The notes beneath the pieces are model-generated. The model searched no databases, was not told where the DNA came from, and worked only from the letters and a program-made list of their open reading frames with translations. From an uncultured Verrucomicrobiae bacterium (GTDB lineage: Bacteria > Verrucomicrobiota > Verrucomicrobiia > Chthoniobacterales > JAFAMB01): 64,000 nt of DNA. Of this stretch, positions 10,974 through 22,187 are shown one piece after another. Within the stretch, counting starts at the first letter, position 1. Every line of letters begins with the position of its first letter. Position numbers and translations under genes: made by a program. The stretch is taken from positions 32,490 to 96,489 of the forward strand of contig CAWAIK010000002.1 of the NCBI GenBank assembly GCA_963782115.1, written 5' to 3'.

Positions 10974-11934
10974 GATTTGCGACAGAACCAGCCGAGCGCG
11001 GACCAAGCGTCAAACCATTCCTTGATTTGCGCCGACCAGTCGACGTTCATTCTCTTGCTTGCGGTTATTGCTTCGATACACGCCTCTTCGACCGTGACAC
11101 CGCGGCCAAGCGACGTCAGGATCGCAAACGCTTCTTGGTCCAGCCGTTTGTAGTAAAGCATGTTGTCATGCCGATGAACGGCCAGATAGACTCTCTCTCG
11201 CTTCGGAGAACGAACACGTTTCCGGTGTACTGCTGGCTTTGGCGCACCGTCCATCGCGTTACTCGCTTCGCCGCGCAAAACATCCGATTCACGTTTCTTC
11301 ACAGCGATCAAAAAATCGTCGACAGCAAAATTCAATTCCAACAGTGAGAGATAGGGCTGCACGCCGAGGCGCAACTTCGACGGAGGCGTGTCCAGGATGT
11401 CGTCCGGCGTCACCGCAGGTTTGGCTGCACCGTCAAAGGCCACCACTTGCGCCCATTCAAACCGAACCATGTCCAGAGCCAATTCCTCTCGCGGGGCGCT
11501 CCAGTGCGGCTCCTCTCGCAGGAAAGGCTCAAGTCGATCCCCGAGGTCGCGGAGCGTGTACGAGTCAGACGGATATCGCGTCAGATAAGCGGTGGCCAGT
11601 CTTCATGAATCTCCGCTCCCCGACCACTGCGCGAAGTCCGGGATAGTCGTCATAGAGGCAATCGAGCACGCGAAACCAATATTGCCGATTATAGATTTCC
11701 AACCGCTCAAACGAACTTAGTCGATCGTTCGGTTTGATAAATTCCGAAGCCACCGCCTTCATGGGAGCGCCGTCGCTCCACCGCTTCTGCATTCCCCACT
11801 GCGAGGTCAGCGGGCGAAAGAGGGCGCTGGTCATCACGCGCTGCAACTGCCGCAGTTGTGCGCGCGAATTGATTTTACGAGGCGGTCGCGGCGAGTTGTT
11901 GATCTCGGAAATTTGTTGGCTTTGAGCGCTTCAT
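10970..11934 (-). CDS. DUF2063 partner protein of MNIO (BufC/HvfC-like; indel-split)
   Basis: ERLEIYNRQYWFRVLDCLYDDYPGL...YTLRDLGDRL...DMVRFEWA; one-base correction near 11910 gives ATG at 11934. Confidence 0.85.
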
Positions 11935-12727
11935 TGTGAACTTCCTCGAAGGAAGGGATGCGGTCATCCCATTCCAGCAGCGTAGCGGTGCTGCCCACCA
12001 GTTTGACGGCGTGCGCGTACATCTTCCAGACCGGGTCGAGCACCGGATGATCGTGGGTGTCGAGTGTGTATTTTTCGAACTTCGAATGGCCCGCGATGTG
12101 GATTTGCCCCACGCGATGGTGCGGGACGTTGTTTAGATAGTCGTACGGATCGAAGTTATGATTTTGCGACGAGACATAAATGTTGTTGACATCCAGAAGA
12201 ATGCCGCAATCCGCTTGCTCGACGACTTCGCTCAAGAACTCCCACTCCGTCATTTCAGAAGCGTGGTATTCGGCATAACTGCTGACGTTCTCGACACAGA
12301 TCGGCACTTCCAGAAAGTCGCGCGCAGCCTTAATCTTCTCGGCGGTATGACGCGCGACGGCAAAAGTGTAAGGCATCGGCAAAAGGTCATGCGTATAACG
12401 GCCATCGACGCTTCCCCAGCAGAGATGATCAGAAAGCCAGGGAGTATTCGTGTATTTAACCAGTCGTTTGAGACGTTTGAGATGCTCCCGGTTAAATTTG
12501 TCGGCAGAGCCGAAATAGATCGCCACACCGTGCTGGACGACCCGGTACTGTTCGAGGATCGAGTCAAGTACCTCCAGAGGGCGGCCTCCGTCGACCATGA
12601 AATTTTCCGAGATTATTTCAAACCAGTCGACGACGGGCTTTTTCGCGAGAATGTGCCGGTAATGCGGAACGCGCAGGCCAATGCCAATGCCGTATTCCGT
12701 AAATCCATTAAAAGCGTTTGCGGGCAT
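11875..12727 (-). CDS. DUF692 multinuclear non-heme iron oxidase (MNIO, BufB-like)
   Basis: GIGLRVPH, EIISENF, QHGV, SDHLCW, ENVSSY, LLDVNN, HIAGH, DTHD, LLEWD; corrected C-terminus ends KFRDQQLAATAS*. Confidence 0.93.
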
Positions 12728-12765
12728 AAACTTTCGGACTTTCTAACAAACTACTATCGGTTGCG

Positions 12766-12834
12766 TGGGGAGGGACGGATTCTATTCCGCTTTCAGATTC
12801 CCTGACGGACGACATAGAAGCCGTCCCTCCCCCA
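12766..12834. repeat. REP-like inverted repeat / strong hairpin between precursor and maturase genes
   Basis: TGGGGAGGGACGGATTCTAT ... ATAGAAGCCGTCCCTCCCCCA, ~20-bp stem with ~28-nt loop. Confidence 0.8.
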
Positions 12835-12893
12835 AGTTGATTCTGGTTGTCCGGCAATCCGAGCAACCAAAGTTTTAGCTGGACGACCCTGAA

Positions 12894-13164
12894 TTACCCT
12901 CCTTTGGTGGCGCAACCTCCCTTGCCTTTGCAGGAGTTCTTCCCTTTGCAGCCATTGTCACTCGTCTTACAGCCGCCCTGGCCTTTACATTCGTTCTGGC
13001 CTTTGCACCCGTGCTTGCCCTTTTCGGCATCTGCCATGTGTTTGCAACGCGACACCGGCATTCGTACTCGTGGTGCTCGCGGCATAGGCGCGAACCGCGA
13101 AAGAACCTGTCAATAGGCCGGCGACGGCCGCACCTGCGATCACTGCTTTGGATGGTCTAATCAT
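12894..13164 (-). CDS. Cys-rich exported RiPP precursor (bufferin BufA2-like), one indel
   Basis: MIRPSKAVIAGAAVAGLLTGSFAVRAYA signal, then after an extra base near 13038: KHGCKGQNECKGQGGCKTSDNGCKGKNSCKGKGGCATKGG (two CKGxNxCKGxGGC repeats, 6 Cys). Confidence 0.88.
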
Positions 13165-13380
13165 GTGTCAACTCTTTCTCTCTATTTTGTAGTTGGTGTC
13201 TGGTCGCCTTCGCCACAGCACTGCTGTTCAAAGAAGACAATCAAACATCCGGTCTCCTAATTGTGCGTGCGTCGGCATAATTATAGATGCAGCGGTCAAC
13301 GCGTTATTCCCCAAAATTCACCTCGCCAGCTCAGAAACACCTCGGCCTGACATTAGATTCACTGACCCCGGCCACTTCCT

Positions 13381-14250
13381 TCACCCTCCAACGAGATGCG
13401 GCCAAATTGTTTCCAGGGTGCGCAGATTGACCGAACGTCGTTCACCATCGGTTACGGAGCGCTGACGGGGATGATCGAACCGTCCGGCAAGCGCTTGAAA
13501 TCGTGTGCCGTACCGCATCGGCGAAAAAGCGCCGCATAAATCTCCTCCGACAATTCGCACCTTTTGTCGCAGCAAGTTGATTGCCCAAACGAGGTCGGAC
13601 AAGGCAAACCGGCCGTTCTCCCAGTTGGTGATTGCATCACTTTCTCCGAGGCAATCCAGATCCACGGTGACATAGATCGTGGGGGTCCGGATCGATTCGA
13701 CAAATTGCGCAAAAGCCGCGCGCCAATTTGAAGGCGATATCGGATGAAGCCAGGAAGGATAATTCTTCCTTTCAGATCGCCAGGGCGCCACCCAGAGGCG
13801 ACCGGAACGGCAGGCGGATCGATTTCCGAGCAAGCGCCACGGGAGACCGCACTCAAAGCTGCCGCAACCCCAAACCGCCACCTGTTGAACCAAGCGGATT
13901 TTCCAGCGCGCGATTAACCCACGCGCCACAGGACCAGCGAGGCGGACGAACATCCCAGTCCGGATGATTATCGAACGACAGAATTGCGAAGGGTTCTTTT
14001 ACCGGCGGACAAAAATCGCTGTCAAATGATGGAAATCCCCCGAGCCTGAAAGAATAAACGGTCGAAAATATTCGCTGAACTTAGCAAAAAAAGACTCCAC
14101 CGCTCGTTCAGTCGTGATAAAGCGTAGCGACGGCCCGGCTGCCAAAGCGTCCACGCGAGTCGGGGCCTTGAACCATGGAGAACGTTCAAAGTCCCAGGCA
14201 TCGTCGAGTGCAAGCCAGACAGTTTCAGGCGACCGATGCGCTTGAATTCA
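13381..14250 (-). CDS. arginase/ureohydrolase-fold protein (indel-split)
   Basis: Joined frames give LDDAW...GSGDFHHL...FDNHPDW...SCGAWVNR...IYVTVDLDCL...TNWENG...VGGDLCG. Confidence 0.75.
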
Positions 14251-14256
14251 AATCCC

Positions 14257-15498
14257 CTACCATAGATCATTCGCATTCGGGAACTTTCGAATAACAGGGT
14301 CGTATCTCGTTGGCTCCAGCAACGGCAGAACCCATTTGAAGACCGCATTCACCAAGCCATTCGGAGCGCGCACATAAAGGTCCAGCGGTTCGAGTTCCAT
14401 TCGAAAATGATACTTGGGATCGTAGTTCAACGGCGCGCTGTGATAAGTGTGAATCCCGTTTTTCAGTGCCCAGACGATGGTGTCTCTCCAGGTCACAAAA
14501 TAGAGGTGATATTCCAAGGCCACGGAGTAATCGAGGCCAATATAGTTGTCCCGGAGCACACCTTCGTGAACGATTGTCGAAGCGAACGCAATAATCCGAC
14601 CTTCCTGTCGCCAAATCAAAAATCTCGCGCGATCGTTCATCCGTCGACCAAGCTCGCACAGATACGGCTTAGTCAGCTCTTCAAATTTCAGTTCCGATCT
14701 GTCAAAGGTCTGCCGATAGAGCGGATAGACTTCGTCCACATAAGGCGAGATATCCGTAACAACTTCGCATTCGATCGGGTGACCCTCCGTCTTGCGAAAC
14801 TTCCGGCGCAAATTTTTGCGCATGGTGTAACCCACGCGCGTTTTCAAGTAAGCCTCGAAGTCCGGGAAATCGAGATCCAATTTAGTGGCCGGCATGCTGG
14901 GTACGCGCTTAAATCCGAAGCGGCTCAATCGATCGAGAGATTGACGGTAAATTTTTGGGAAGTCCTTGAAGACGATTAGCATCGCCTTGAGCCGCCGCGC
15001 AACCGGAGTCAGGCTCTCTTTCAACGCCTCAACGGTCCAAGCGATGTCCCGGCTCTGCTTCTCTAGAACTATATCACCTTCGCCTGCCGAGCATCCAACC
15101 ATTAACATCCGCAGCTTCAAGAATCCGGGAAAACGGCGCCTGACACGTGCGAGGAGATTTCGAATCGCGGCAGGAGTTCCAGTCGCGAGGTCTTGACTTA
15201 CAATCAGGAACGGCTGTATTGCCCGGGTCATGCCGCCGGCGTCCTTTAGCAATAGGTAGTAATGGGCAAATTGATCTCTTAGCGATTCGTGAACGACCTC
15301 GTAATATCGGTGATCGACGGAATACTCTGCGAAGCCGGAGACCCAAACCTTGTAATCTTCCGGCGGAATGGCATCCGTCACCGTGGCTGATCCAAACGAG
15401 GTTTCAATACTGAAATGGATAGCCGATGAGCCGGTATGCAACAGATTTGCCCTGGATTCCGTTTGTGACTTCTGAGCCGGAGAACCTGGTGGATGCAT
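14257..15498 (-). CDS. FemAB-like double-GNAT acyltransferase
   Basis: FKDFP, RVPSMP, RKNLRRK, YIGLDY, YHLYF, YDPK; true start may be downstream of 15498. Confidence 0.75.
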   Translation of the reverse strand: MHPPGSPAQKSQTESRANLLHTGSSAIHFSIETSFGSATVTDAIPPEDYKVWVSGFAEYSVDHRYYEVVHESLRDQFAHYYLLLKDAGGMTRAIQPFLIVSQDLATGTPAAIRNLLARVRRRFPGFLKLRMLMVGCSAGEGDIVLEKQSRDIAWTVEALKESLTPVARRLKAMLIVFKDFPKIYRQSLDRLSRFGFKRVPSMPATKLDLDFPDFEAYLKTRVGYTMRKNLRRKFRKTEGHPIECEVVTDISPYVDEVYPLYRQTFDRSELKFEELTKPYLCELGRRMNDRARFLIWRQEGRIIAFASTIVHEGVLRDNYIGLDYSVALEYHLYFVTWRDTIVWALKNGIHTYHSAPLNYDPKYHFRMELEPLDLYVRAPNGLVNAVFKWVLPLLEPTRYDPVIRKFPNANDLW

Positions 15499-15556
15499 GA
15501 CGTAAAAATGAATTGGCCCGTAGAGCGGCGTTTAAAAACGGTGACTTAGTTTCTGG

Positions 15557-15828
15557 GTGGGATTGGGCATTGTGACGTACGTCGGAAGTTTATTGTTGTG
15601 GCTGGTGGCGCTTCCGCGCCTCCCGCTTCACCTGGCCTACGGATTATCGTCGACGGTGCATCTCATGGTCCCCTTCGCGTGCTGGCTAGTGCTGCATGAG
15701 ACCATCCCAATGGGCCGGCTTCTCGGGATGCTATTCATTCTGGCCGCCTGCAAGAAAAGATCACCGTGCGCGCATGGCTCGCCTCGTTTCTGATCGCGAT
15801 CGGGATTACTTTGGTCGCTCTTTTTTAG
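15557..15828 (+). pseudogene. remnant of a pair of EamA/SMR (ArnE/ArnF-like) small transporter genes fused by deletion
   Basis: WLVALPRLPLHLAYGLSS...LHETIPMGRLLGMLFILA, then in another frame LQEKITVRAWLASFLIAIGITLVALF*; no N-terminus. Confidence 0.6.
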
Positions 15829-15882
15829 GGCTCTTCGCGGCGGAGATCCCATGTCCGATGCGGGTATGCCCTACGGCGGCCG

Positions 15883-16774
15883 TCAGGACCTCTGAACCTC
15901 CTGCGCCGGCAGCGGTCTGCTCTTTTCCGGAAGCGTTGGATCAAGGAACGCCAGTGCGTGCGGAGGCTTGATGACTCGAGTCCCTTCTCGTTGCTGTTGT
16001 TCTGCAATCTGTTGATGCAACTGCTTCATTTTCGTCCAATGCAATTTAGGACGGAAATGGTGCTCCGCGTGGTACCCGTTATTGAACCAGAGCGAGTTGT
16101 AGATCTTCTCGTACGAGCTCACACCCCAGGCGATCGGCTTATCCGGGTTCCCGCCATAATGCAGGAAGTAGCCGTTCAAATACGATAGACAATGCCCGAG
16201 GTAATAGAACGGCAGGAAGAACAGGATAAATTTCCAGTTCAGGATGCCCATGAGAACAAAGAAACTGATGAACGCGGCAATTTCACAAACACCCCAATAC
16301 GCATCCGCACGGCTCTTGCGTTTGATTTCCGCAAAGATCGCTTTGGGATCGTCTCGCAGATAGCTGAGAAAGATGTAGCTCCAGACGTTCTCAGCCTCGC
16401 CATCGTGGCCGTGGCGATAGATCGACAGCCAATCAACGGTCTCCCCTTCTTCATCTGGCCTGTCGCTATTCCCCATGTGATGCCGATGATGGACATATTT
16501 GTAGAATGTTTGAGAGAATCCAAGCGTGACAGATTCCATCACAGCAAAGATCCGATTCAGCGGACGCCAACTGAAATACGGGTTGTGGATGAAATTGTGC
16601 GAGATCCCGTTGATGTTCCAGGAGACGCTAATCGAGTAGACGATTCCCATGCCACACCAACACCCACCACGGAGCAACCGGAAAGAGCGCAAACAAGGTC
16701 AGGACGTAGGCAAAATGCAAAATCCCGCACAGGGCCGGCAACGCATCCCATTTCGAATAGGCCAAAATCTTCAT
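15883..16774 (-). CDS. membrane fatty acid desaturase (one indel near the N-terminus)
   Basis: His boxes HNFIH, HHRHH, HAEHH; start MKILAYSKWDALP at 16774. Confidence 0.85.
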
Positions 16775-16985
16775 ACCAACTGAAACTCATAAAGTAGTTC
16801 AGCCGAATCCGCCACCCGAAGTTTTTTGGGACCAGAACTCAGAAGTCAGGAGTTGCCGGAGTTCAGGAGAAGTGGGTCGGCGTCCGGGGTGAGATGGATC
16901 AGGCGGATCCCCGAGTCAACGTGAAAGCTCAACCGCGAATGCAACAAAGTGCGTGTACTACGCCGACCCGCCGACACGTTTCTCC

Positions 16986-18569
16986 TCAAGCCCGGATATC
17001 CCGGTCCTTGGTCTCTGGCACAAATATCATACCGATAACAAAGGTCACGAGAGCAACGATAATGGGATACCAGAGGCCCGCATAGATATTCCCCGTCGCC
17101 ACGCTCACACCCGTCTGCGATTAACGGCAGCAAACCTCCGAAAACGCCATTGCCGATGTGGTACGGGAACGACATCGACGTGTAACGAATCTGAGTTGGG
17201 AACAGCTCCACTAGAAAGGCGGCGATCGGTCCGTAAACCATAGTGACGTAAATGACCAGGATGAACAGGACCAGAATTGCTCCGGGGAAGTAGATTTTTG
17301 CCGGGTCCGCCACCTTTGGATACCCTGCGGCGGCTAACGCAGTTCCGAGAGCCTTGGCGTCATACCCCTGCAGTTTGCTGGAACCGATTGCCACCGTGAG
17401 GCCGGCACCTCCTTCTGGAGGCTTAACAGCGAAAGAATAGCCGCGCGTGTTGAGGTCCTGCTTGATCTTATCCAGATCGGGACCGTCCGGCGGCTGAAAC
17501 CACGATCGGCGCGCTCTTGAGTGCCTCGGCAAGAGCCGGGTTAACGCATTTGGTGAGCTGATGGAAAAGTGGGAAATAGGTGAGGGCTGCCAACAGGCAT
17601 CCGGCCATGATGATGTACTTGCGTCCGATTCGATCCGAAAGCCATCCGAAAAAGACAAAGAACGGCGTGCCGATCAACAGCGCAACAGCGATCAGTGTGT
17701 ACGCCGTTGTAAAGTCTTTGAGGCTAAGTGCATTCTGGAGGAAGAACAAGGCATGAAATTGCCCGGTATACCAGACCACACCCTGACCGGCAGTCGCGCC
17801 GAACAGCGCGAGCCAGACATACTTTGCGTTTGGGTAGGTCAGGAAACTATCCCGCAGCGGCGCTCTCGATCCTTTCCCCTGCGCCTTCATTTCCACAAAG
17901 ACAGGCGATTCCTGGAGTTTCAGCCGGATGTAAATCGAGATCCCGAGCAGGATCACAGAAAGGAGGAACGGGATTCGCCAGCCCCAGGACTTGAAAGCTT
18001 CAGCCGACAGCGAAAGCCGGCAAGTCATGATGACAGCGAGCGAAAGAAACAGACCCAAGGTGGCTGTGGTTTGAATCCAGCTTGTATACAGGCCGCGTTT
18101 ACCCTGAGGCGCGTGCTCAGCGACATAGGTGGCGGCGCCTCCATACTCGCCGCCCAAGCGCCAAGCCTTGCGTAACACGCAATAAAAACAGAATAATCGG
18201 GGCCACCCAACCTATCGTTGCAAACGTCGGCAGCACTCCGACCAGCGCCGTCGAAAGACCCATCACGGTGATCGTGATCAGAAAGGTATATTTCCGACCG
18301 ACCAAATCTCCGATTCGCCCAAAGAACAGCGCTCCGAAGGGCCGGACAACGAAGCCCACCCCGAAGGTCAGGAGACTGGTCAGGAGTGCGGTGACGGGAT
18401 TTCCGGGCGGAAAAAACAGACCGGCAAAAAAGACGGCCAGAGTGCCATAAATATAGAAATCATACCATTCGAAGATGGTACCCAAAGACGAGGCGATAAT
18501 CACCAGGCGCTGTTTGGCTTGTAGCTCGCCCTTGGCCAATTCCGATGCGGAGAATACTGGAGTAGACAT
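16986..18569 (-). CDS. MFS metabolite:H+ symporter (MHS family; indel-split)
   Basis: SSLGTIFEWYDF, GRIGDLVGRK, GGEYGGA, WGWRIPFL, ELFPTQIRYT, PETK. Confidence 0.9.
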
Positions 18570-18847
18570 ACGGTGCTGGGGGGGAAGGTGGTGTTTGCAG
18601 ACGAGACGGGCCTGTCGGCGCAATCAACGTCAGCTCCCGGAACCTGCTTAAATGTCACCAGGAAAGCCACCGCATCTCGCATAAGAGAATTGCATACTCA
18701 GGTCAAGACAAACCCGCAAGAAATCTCGCGTTAGCCGTTCACAGTTCGTCGTTTGGCGCGTTGGTGCCCTCGCGGTAAGCGAACCGTCCCGGTTCGCTCG
18801 ACTCTTAGTTAAAGAAGAAAAGCAAGTCGTTGCGCCAAAACGACCGC

Positions 18848-18911
18848 AACCGCCAAACGTTGAACGTTGAACGCCAAACGTTGAACGTTGAACGTTGAAC
18901 GTTGAACGCCG
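18848..18911. repeat. heptamer tandem repeat (AACGTTG/AACGCCA, ~9 units)
   Basis: AACGTTG AACGTTG AACGCCA AACGTTG x4 AACGCCG directly after the gltL stop. Confidence 0.9.
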
Positions 18912-18915
18912 AAGT

Positions 18916-19650
18916 TCATCCGCTATGGGAGAGAATCTTTGACAAGAACTGCTGGGCGCGATCGGTACCCGGCGATCTGAAAAAATCCGTCTTGGGCCTG
19001 TCTTCTACGATGTCGCCGTGGTCCATGAAGATGACGCGATTGGCAACTTCTCTCGCGAAGCCCATTTCATGGGTGACCACCATCATCGTCATCCCCTCCT
19101 GCGCCAGTTTCACCATCACATCGAGCACTTCTTTGATCATCTCAGGGTCGAGTGCTGAAGTGGGCTCATCGAACAGCATCGCAATGGGATCCATCGCCAG
19201 TGCTCGCGCGATCGCCACCCGTTGCTGTTGTCCTCCTGACAATTGCGGCGGAAATTTTTGGGCGTGCGCGGACAAATCCACCATCTCCAAAAGTTTCAGC
19301 GCTTTCTCCGTGGCCTCCCGATTTCCGCGACCGAGCACCTTGCACTGAGCAATCGTGAGATTCTGGATCACTTTAAGATGCGGAAAGAGCTCAAAATGCT
19401 GGAACACCATTCCCACCCGCGCGCGAAGTTTGGAAAGATTCGTATTTCGGGCGCCCACTGAAACTCCGTCGACCAGGATTTCGCCTTCCTGAAAGGCTTC
19501 CAAACCGTTCACGCATTTGATCAAGGTGGATTTGCCTGAACCCGAAGGCCCACAGACGACGACGACTTCGCCTCTGCTGACTTCTGTGCTGCACTGCTTA
19601 AGCACCTGGAATTTGCCGTACCATTTCGAGACTTTTTTAATCGAGATCAT
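18916..19650 (-). CDS. gltL: glutamate/aspartate ABC transporter ATP-binding protein
   Basis: [26 protein letters not shown]. Confidence 0.9.
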   Translation of the reverse strand: MISIKKVSKWYGKFQVLKQCSTEVSRGEVVVVCGPSGSGKSTLIKCVNGLEAFQEGEILVDGVSVGARNTNLSKLRARVGMVFQHFELFPHLKVIQNLTIAQCKVLGRGNREATEKALKLLEMVDLSAHAQKFPPQLSGGQQQRVAIARALAMDPIAMLFDEPTSALDPEMIKEVLDVMVKLAQEGMTMMVVTHEMGFAREVANRVIFMDHGDIVEDRPKTDFFRSPGTDRAQQFLSKILSHSG

Positions 19651-20321
19651 GACGCGCGTTTCACTTGGAGTGTCCGGACGAGCATCGAGGCGCTAAAAGA
19701 GATGACGAAGTAAACGGCTCCGGCAAATAGAAGCATTTCGACGAGAGTGCCATCCCGATTTCCTGTGTTGTAGGCGACACCGAAAAACTCCGCCAATCCG
19801 ATGACATACACCAACGACGTGTCCTGGAAAAGAATGATCGCCTGGGTCAGGAGCAAAGGAATCATGCGCCGAAAAGCCTGCGGCAGAACAATCAGACGCA
19901 TCGTTTGACCACCAGTCATCCCGAGCGCAAACCCCGCCGAAACCTGCCCTCCGGACACGCTTTGAATTCCGGCTCGAATGATCTCGGCATAGTACGATGC
20001 TTCGAAAAGCGCAAAGGCCACAAAAGCCGAAAGAAGCCGGATATCAATAGCCGGTCGGCCAATCAAACTGCTGATAAACTGGGGAACCAGCAGGTAAAAC
20101 CAGAGTAACACCATCACGAGCGGAACCGACCGGAATCCGTTAACATAAAGCGCCGCCAAGTTCGAAAGGATCCAATTTTTGGACAACCGCATCAGGGCAA
20201 TCAGTGTGCCAAGAACAATGCCGACGACGATGGCCACACCGGTGATCTCCAGTGTCCGGACCATTCCCTGCCATAAGAAAGGGAGCGCTCCGGGAATTGA
20301 ACTCCAGTCAAATTCGTACAT
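19647..20321 (-). CDS. gltK: glutamate/aspartate ABC transporter permease
   Basis: [10 protein letters not shown] start, [17 protein letters not shown]. Confidence 0.88.
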   Translation of the reverse strand: MYEFDWSSIPGALPFLWQGMVRTLEITGVAIVVGIVLGTLIALMRLSKNWILSNLAALYVNGFRSVPLVMVLLWFYLLVPQFISSLIGRPAIDIRLLSAFVAFALFEASYYAEIIRAGIQSVSGGQVSAGFALGMTGGQTMRLIVLPQAFRRMIPLLLTQAIILFQDTSLVYVIGLAEFFGVAYNTGNRDGTLVEMLLFAGAVYFVISFSASMLVRTLQVKRAS

Positions 20322-21071
20322 CTAATCTTTACCTCCAACATATCCGGGCAACCGGGTAGCTCTTTCGAGAAACCGGGAGGCGATCATCACCGCCATATTG
20401 ATAATGCCATAAAGCAGCGTCACTGCGATGAAGGCTTCGTACCAGTGGGCTGTGAACTCACCCAGCTGCTGGCTCTGACGCGACAATTCCGCCAACCCGA
20501 TCGTCGATGCGACCGCCGAGTTTTTGATCGTGTTCAAAAACTCCGAGGTCAGCGTCGGCACGATGATCCGATAGGCTACCGGCAATAGGATCAGTCGATA
20601 GACTTGCAGCAGATTCAGCCCCAGCGCTAAGCCGGCTCCTCGCTGCCCACTCCCGAGAGCATTGATGCCCGAGCGCACCTGTTCCGCCACGCGAGCCGCC
20701 GTGAATAAGCCGAGGCATAACACCCCGGTGATCAATTGCTGGAGTAACGGACTTAGACCCTGTTTGAACCATGTTCCAAGCCCCGGAACTATCTCGGGAA
20801 ACACGAAATACCAGAGGAAAAGCTGAACCAGCAGCGGAATGTTCCGGAAAATCTCGACGTAGGCGGCGGCGAGTGTTGGGAGGAATTTTCCAGGGAAAGT
20901 TCGAAGTACCCCGATGATCGAGCCCACCACAAAGGCCAGAATCCAAGCCAGGATTGACAAGAGCAGAGTCCATTCAAAGCCGACAAGCAGGAAACGAAGA
21001 TAGTTACCGCTCCCATCAAAAGCCGGCTTGAAAAAGATGCTCCAATCCAACCCGGCAGCGAGTGTTACCAT
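20322..21071 (-). CDS. gltJ: glutamate/aspartate ABC transporter permease
   Basis: EIFRNIPLLVQLFLWYF, AEQVRSGI, TSEFLNTIKNS. Confidence 0.88.
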   Translation of the reverse strand: MVTLAAGLDWSIFFKPAFDGSGNYLRFLLVGFEWTLLLSILAWILAFVVGSIIGVLRTFPGKFLPTLAAAYVEIFRNIPLLVQLFLWYFVFPEIVPGLGTWFKQGLSPLLQQLITGVLCLGLFTAARVAEQVRSGINALGSGQRGAGLALGLNLLQVYRLILLPVAYRIIVPTLTSEFLNTIKNSAVASTIGLAELSRQSQQLGEFTAHWYEAFIAVTLLYGIINMAVMIASRFLERATRLPGYVGGKD

Positions 21072-21089
21072 CGGATCCCCGATTCTACT

Positions 21090-22007
21090 CTACTGAAATG
21101 CTTTGTCGTTCGGACTCTTGAAAAGCTCTTTCATGTCGTCGCTCAAAGGAAGCTCCAGATTCAAGTTCTTCGGCGGAATCGGTGATTGAAACCATTTCTG
21201 ATACAGCTTCGCGGCCTCACCTGAGGTCTCGGCTTTGGCAATCGTTTCGTCGACCAGCATCTTGAATTGGTCATCACCTTTCCGCATCATCATGCCATAG
21301 GCCTCCTTGGATTGAGGAGTTCCAACTATCACCCAATCTGCCGGCTTCCTTGCTTTCGCACGCTCTCCAGCCAATAGCGCATCATCCAACATGAAAGCCG
21401 CGGCTCGGCCGCTCTGCAAAGTAAGGAAAGATTCGCCGTGATCTTTGGCGCTGATGATATTCATCTTCATGCCCTGTTTCTCGTTCATCTCGCGGATCAA
21501 ACGCTCCGAGGTTGTCCCGGCAGTTACGACAACATTCTTGCCTTTCAGATCCGGAAAATCCTGAATTCCAGAATCCTTTTTTACCAGCAACCGGGTACCG
21601 ATGATAAAAAAGGTGTCCGAAAAAGCGACTTGTTGCTGGCGCTCTAGATTGTTAGTTGTCGATCCGGATTCGATGTCGATTGTCCCGTTCTGAATCAACG
21701 GAATTCGATTTTGTGAAGTAACGGGGATCAGTTTGACCTGCAGGTTCGGCATATCCAGCTTTTTCTTGACGGCGTCCACCACCATCATCACCAAGTCTTG
21801 AGAGTAGCCGACTACCTGGTTCTTATCGTCATAATAGGAAAACGGTATCGACGATTCACGGTGCCCAACAGACATGGATCCAGCATCCTTGATCTTCTTG
21901 AGCGTCCCGTTTAAGTCTTCCGCCGCCCAGGTCCCGGAACCTCCGGAGACCAAACAGAAAGCAGCAACGGCAAACAGGTAGTTCTTAATGGCTAAAACAT
22001 TTCCCAT
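21090..22007 (-). CDS. gltI: glutamate/aspartate ABC transporter substrate-binding protein
   Basis: GHRESSIPFSY, TSQNRIPL, STTNNLERQQQ, KDHGESF; signal peptide. Confidence 0.9.
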   Translation of the reverse strand: MGNVLAIKNYLFAVAAFCLVSGGSGTWAAEDLNGTLKKIKDAGSMSVGHRESSIPFSYYDDKNQVVGYSQDLVMMVVDAVKKKLDMPNLQVKLIPVTSQNRIPLIQNGTIDIESGSTTNNLERQQQVAFSDTFFIIGTRLLVKKDSGIQDFPDLKGKNVVVTAGTTSERLIREMNEKQGMKMNIISAKDHGESFLTLQSGRAAAFMLDDALLAGERAKARKPADWVIVGTPQSKEAYGMMMRKGDDQFKMLVDETIAKAETSGEAAKLYQKWFQSPIPPKNLNLELPLSDDMKELFKSPNDKAFQ

Positions 22008-22187
22008 GGCGGATAGGAGTATATCTTCCGGGACTGGAATTTGTCCCGCAAAAAGCACTCATGGATGAGCCTTGACTAGTGAACGCCACAGCAGGCAGGG
22101 ATCTGCAAAACGTCCCCCACCGGAGCTGCACCAGAGAATTTGTTGATGATTTGGCCGCTCGCCATCGTCTTCTAAATCTGAGAGCGT

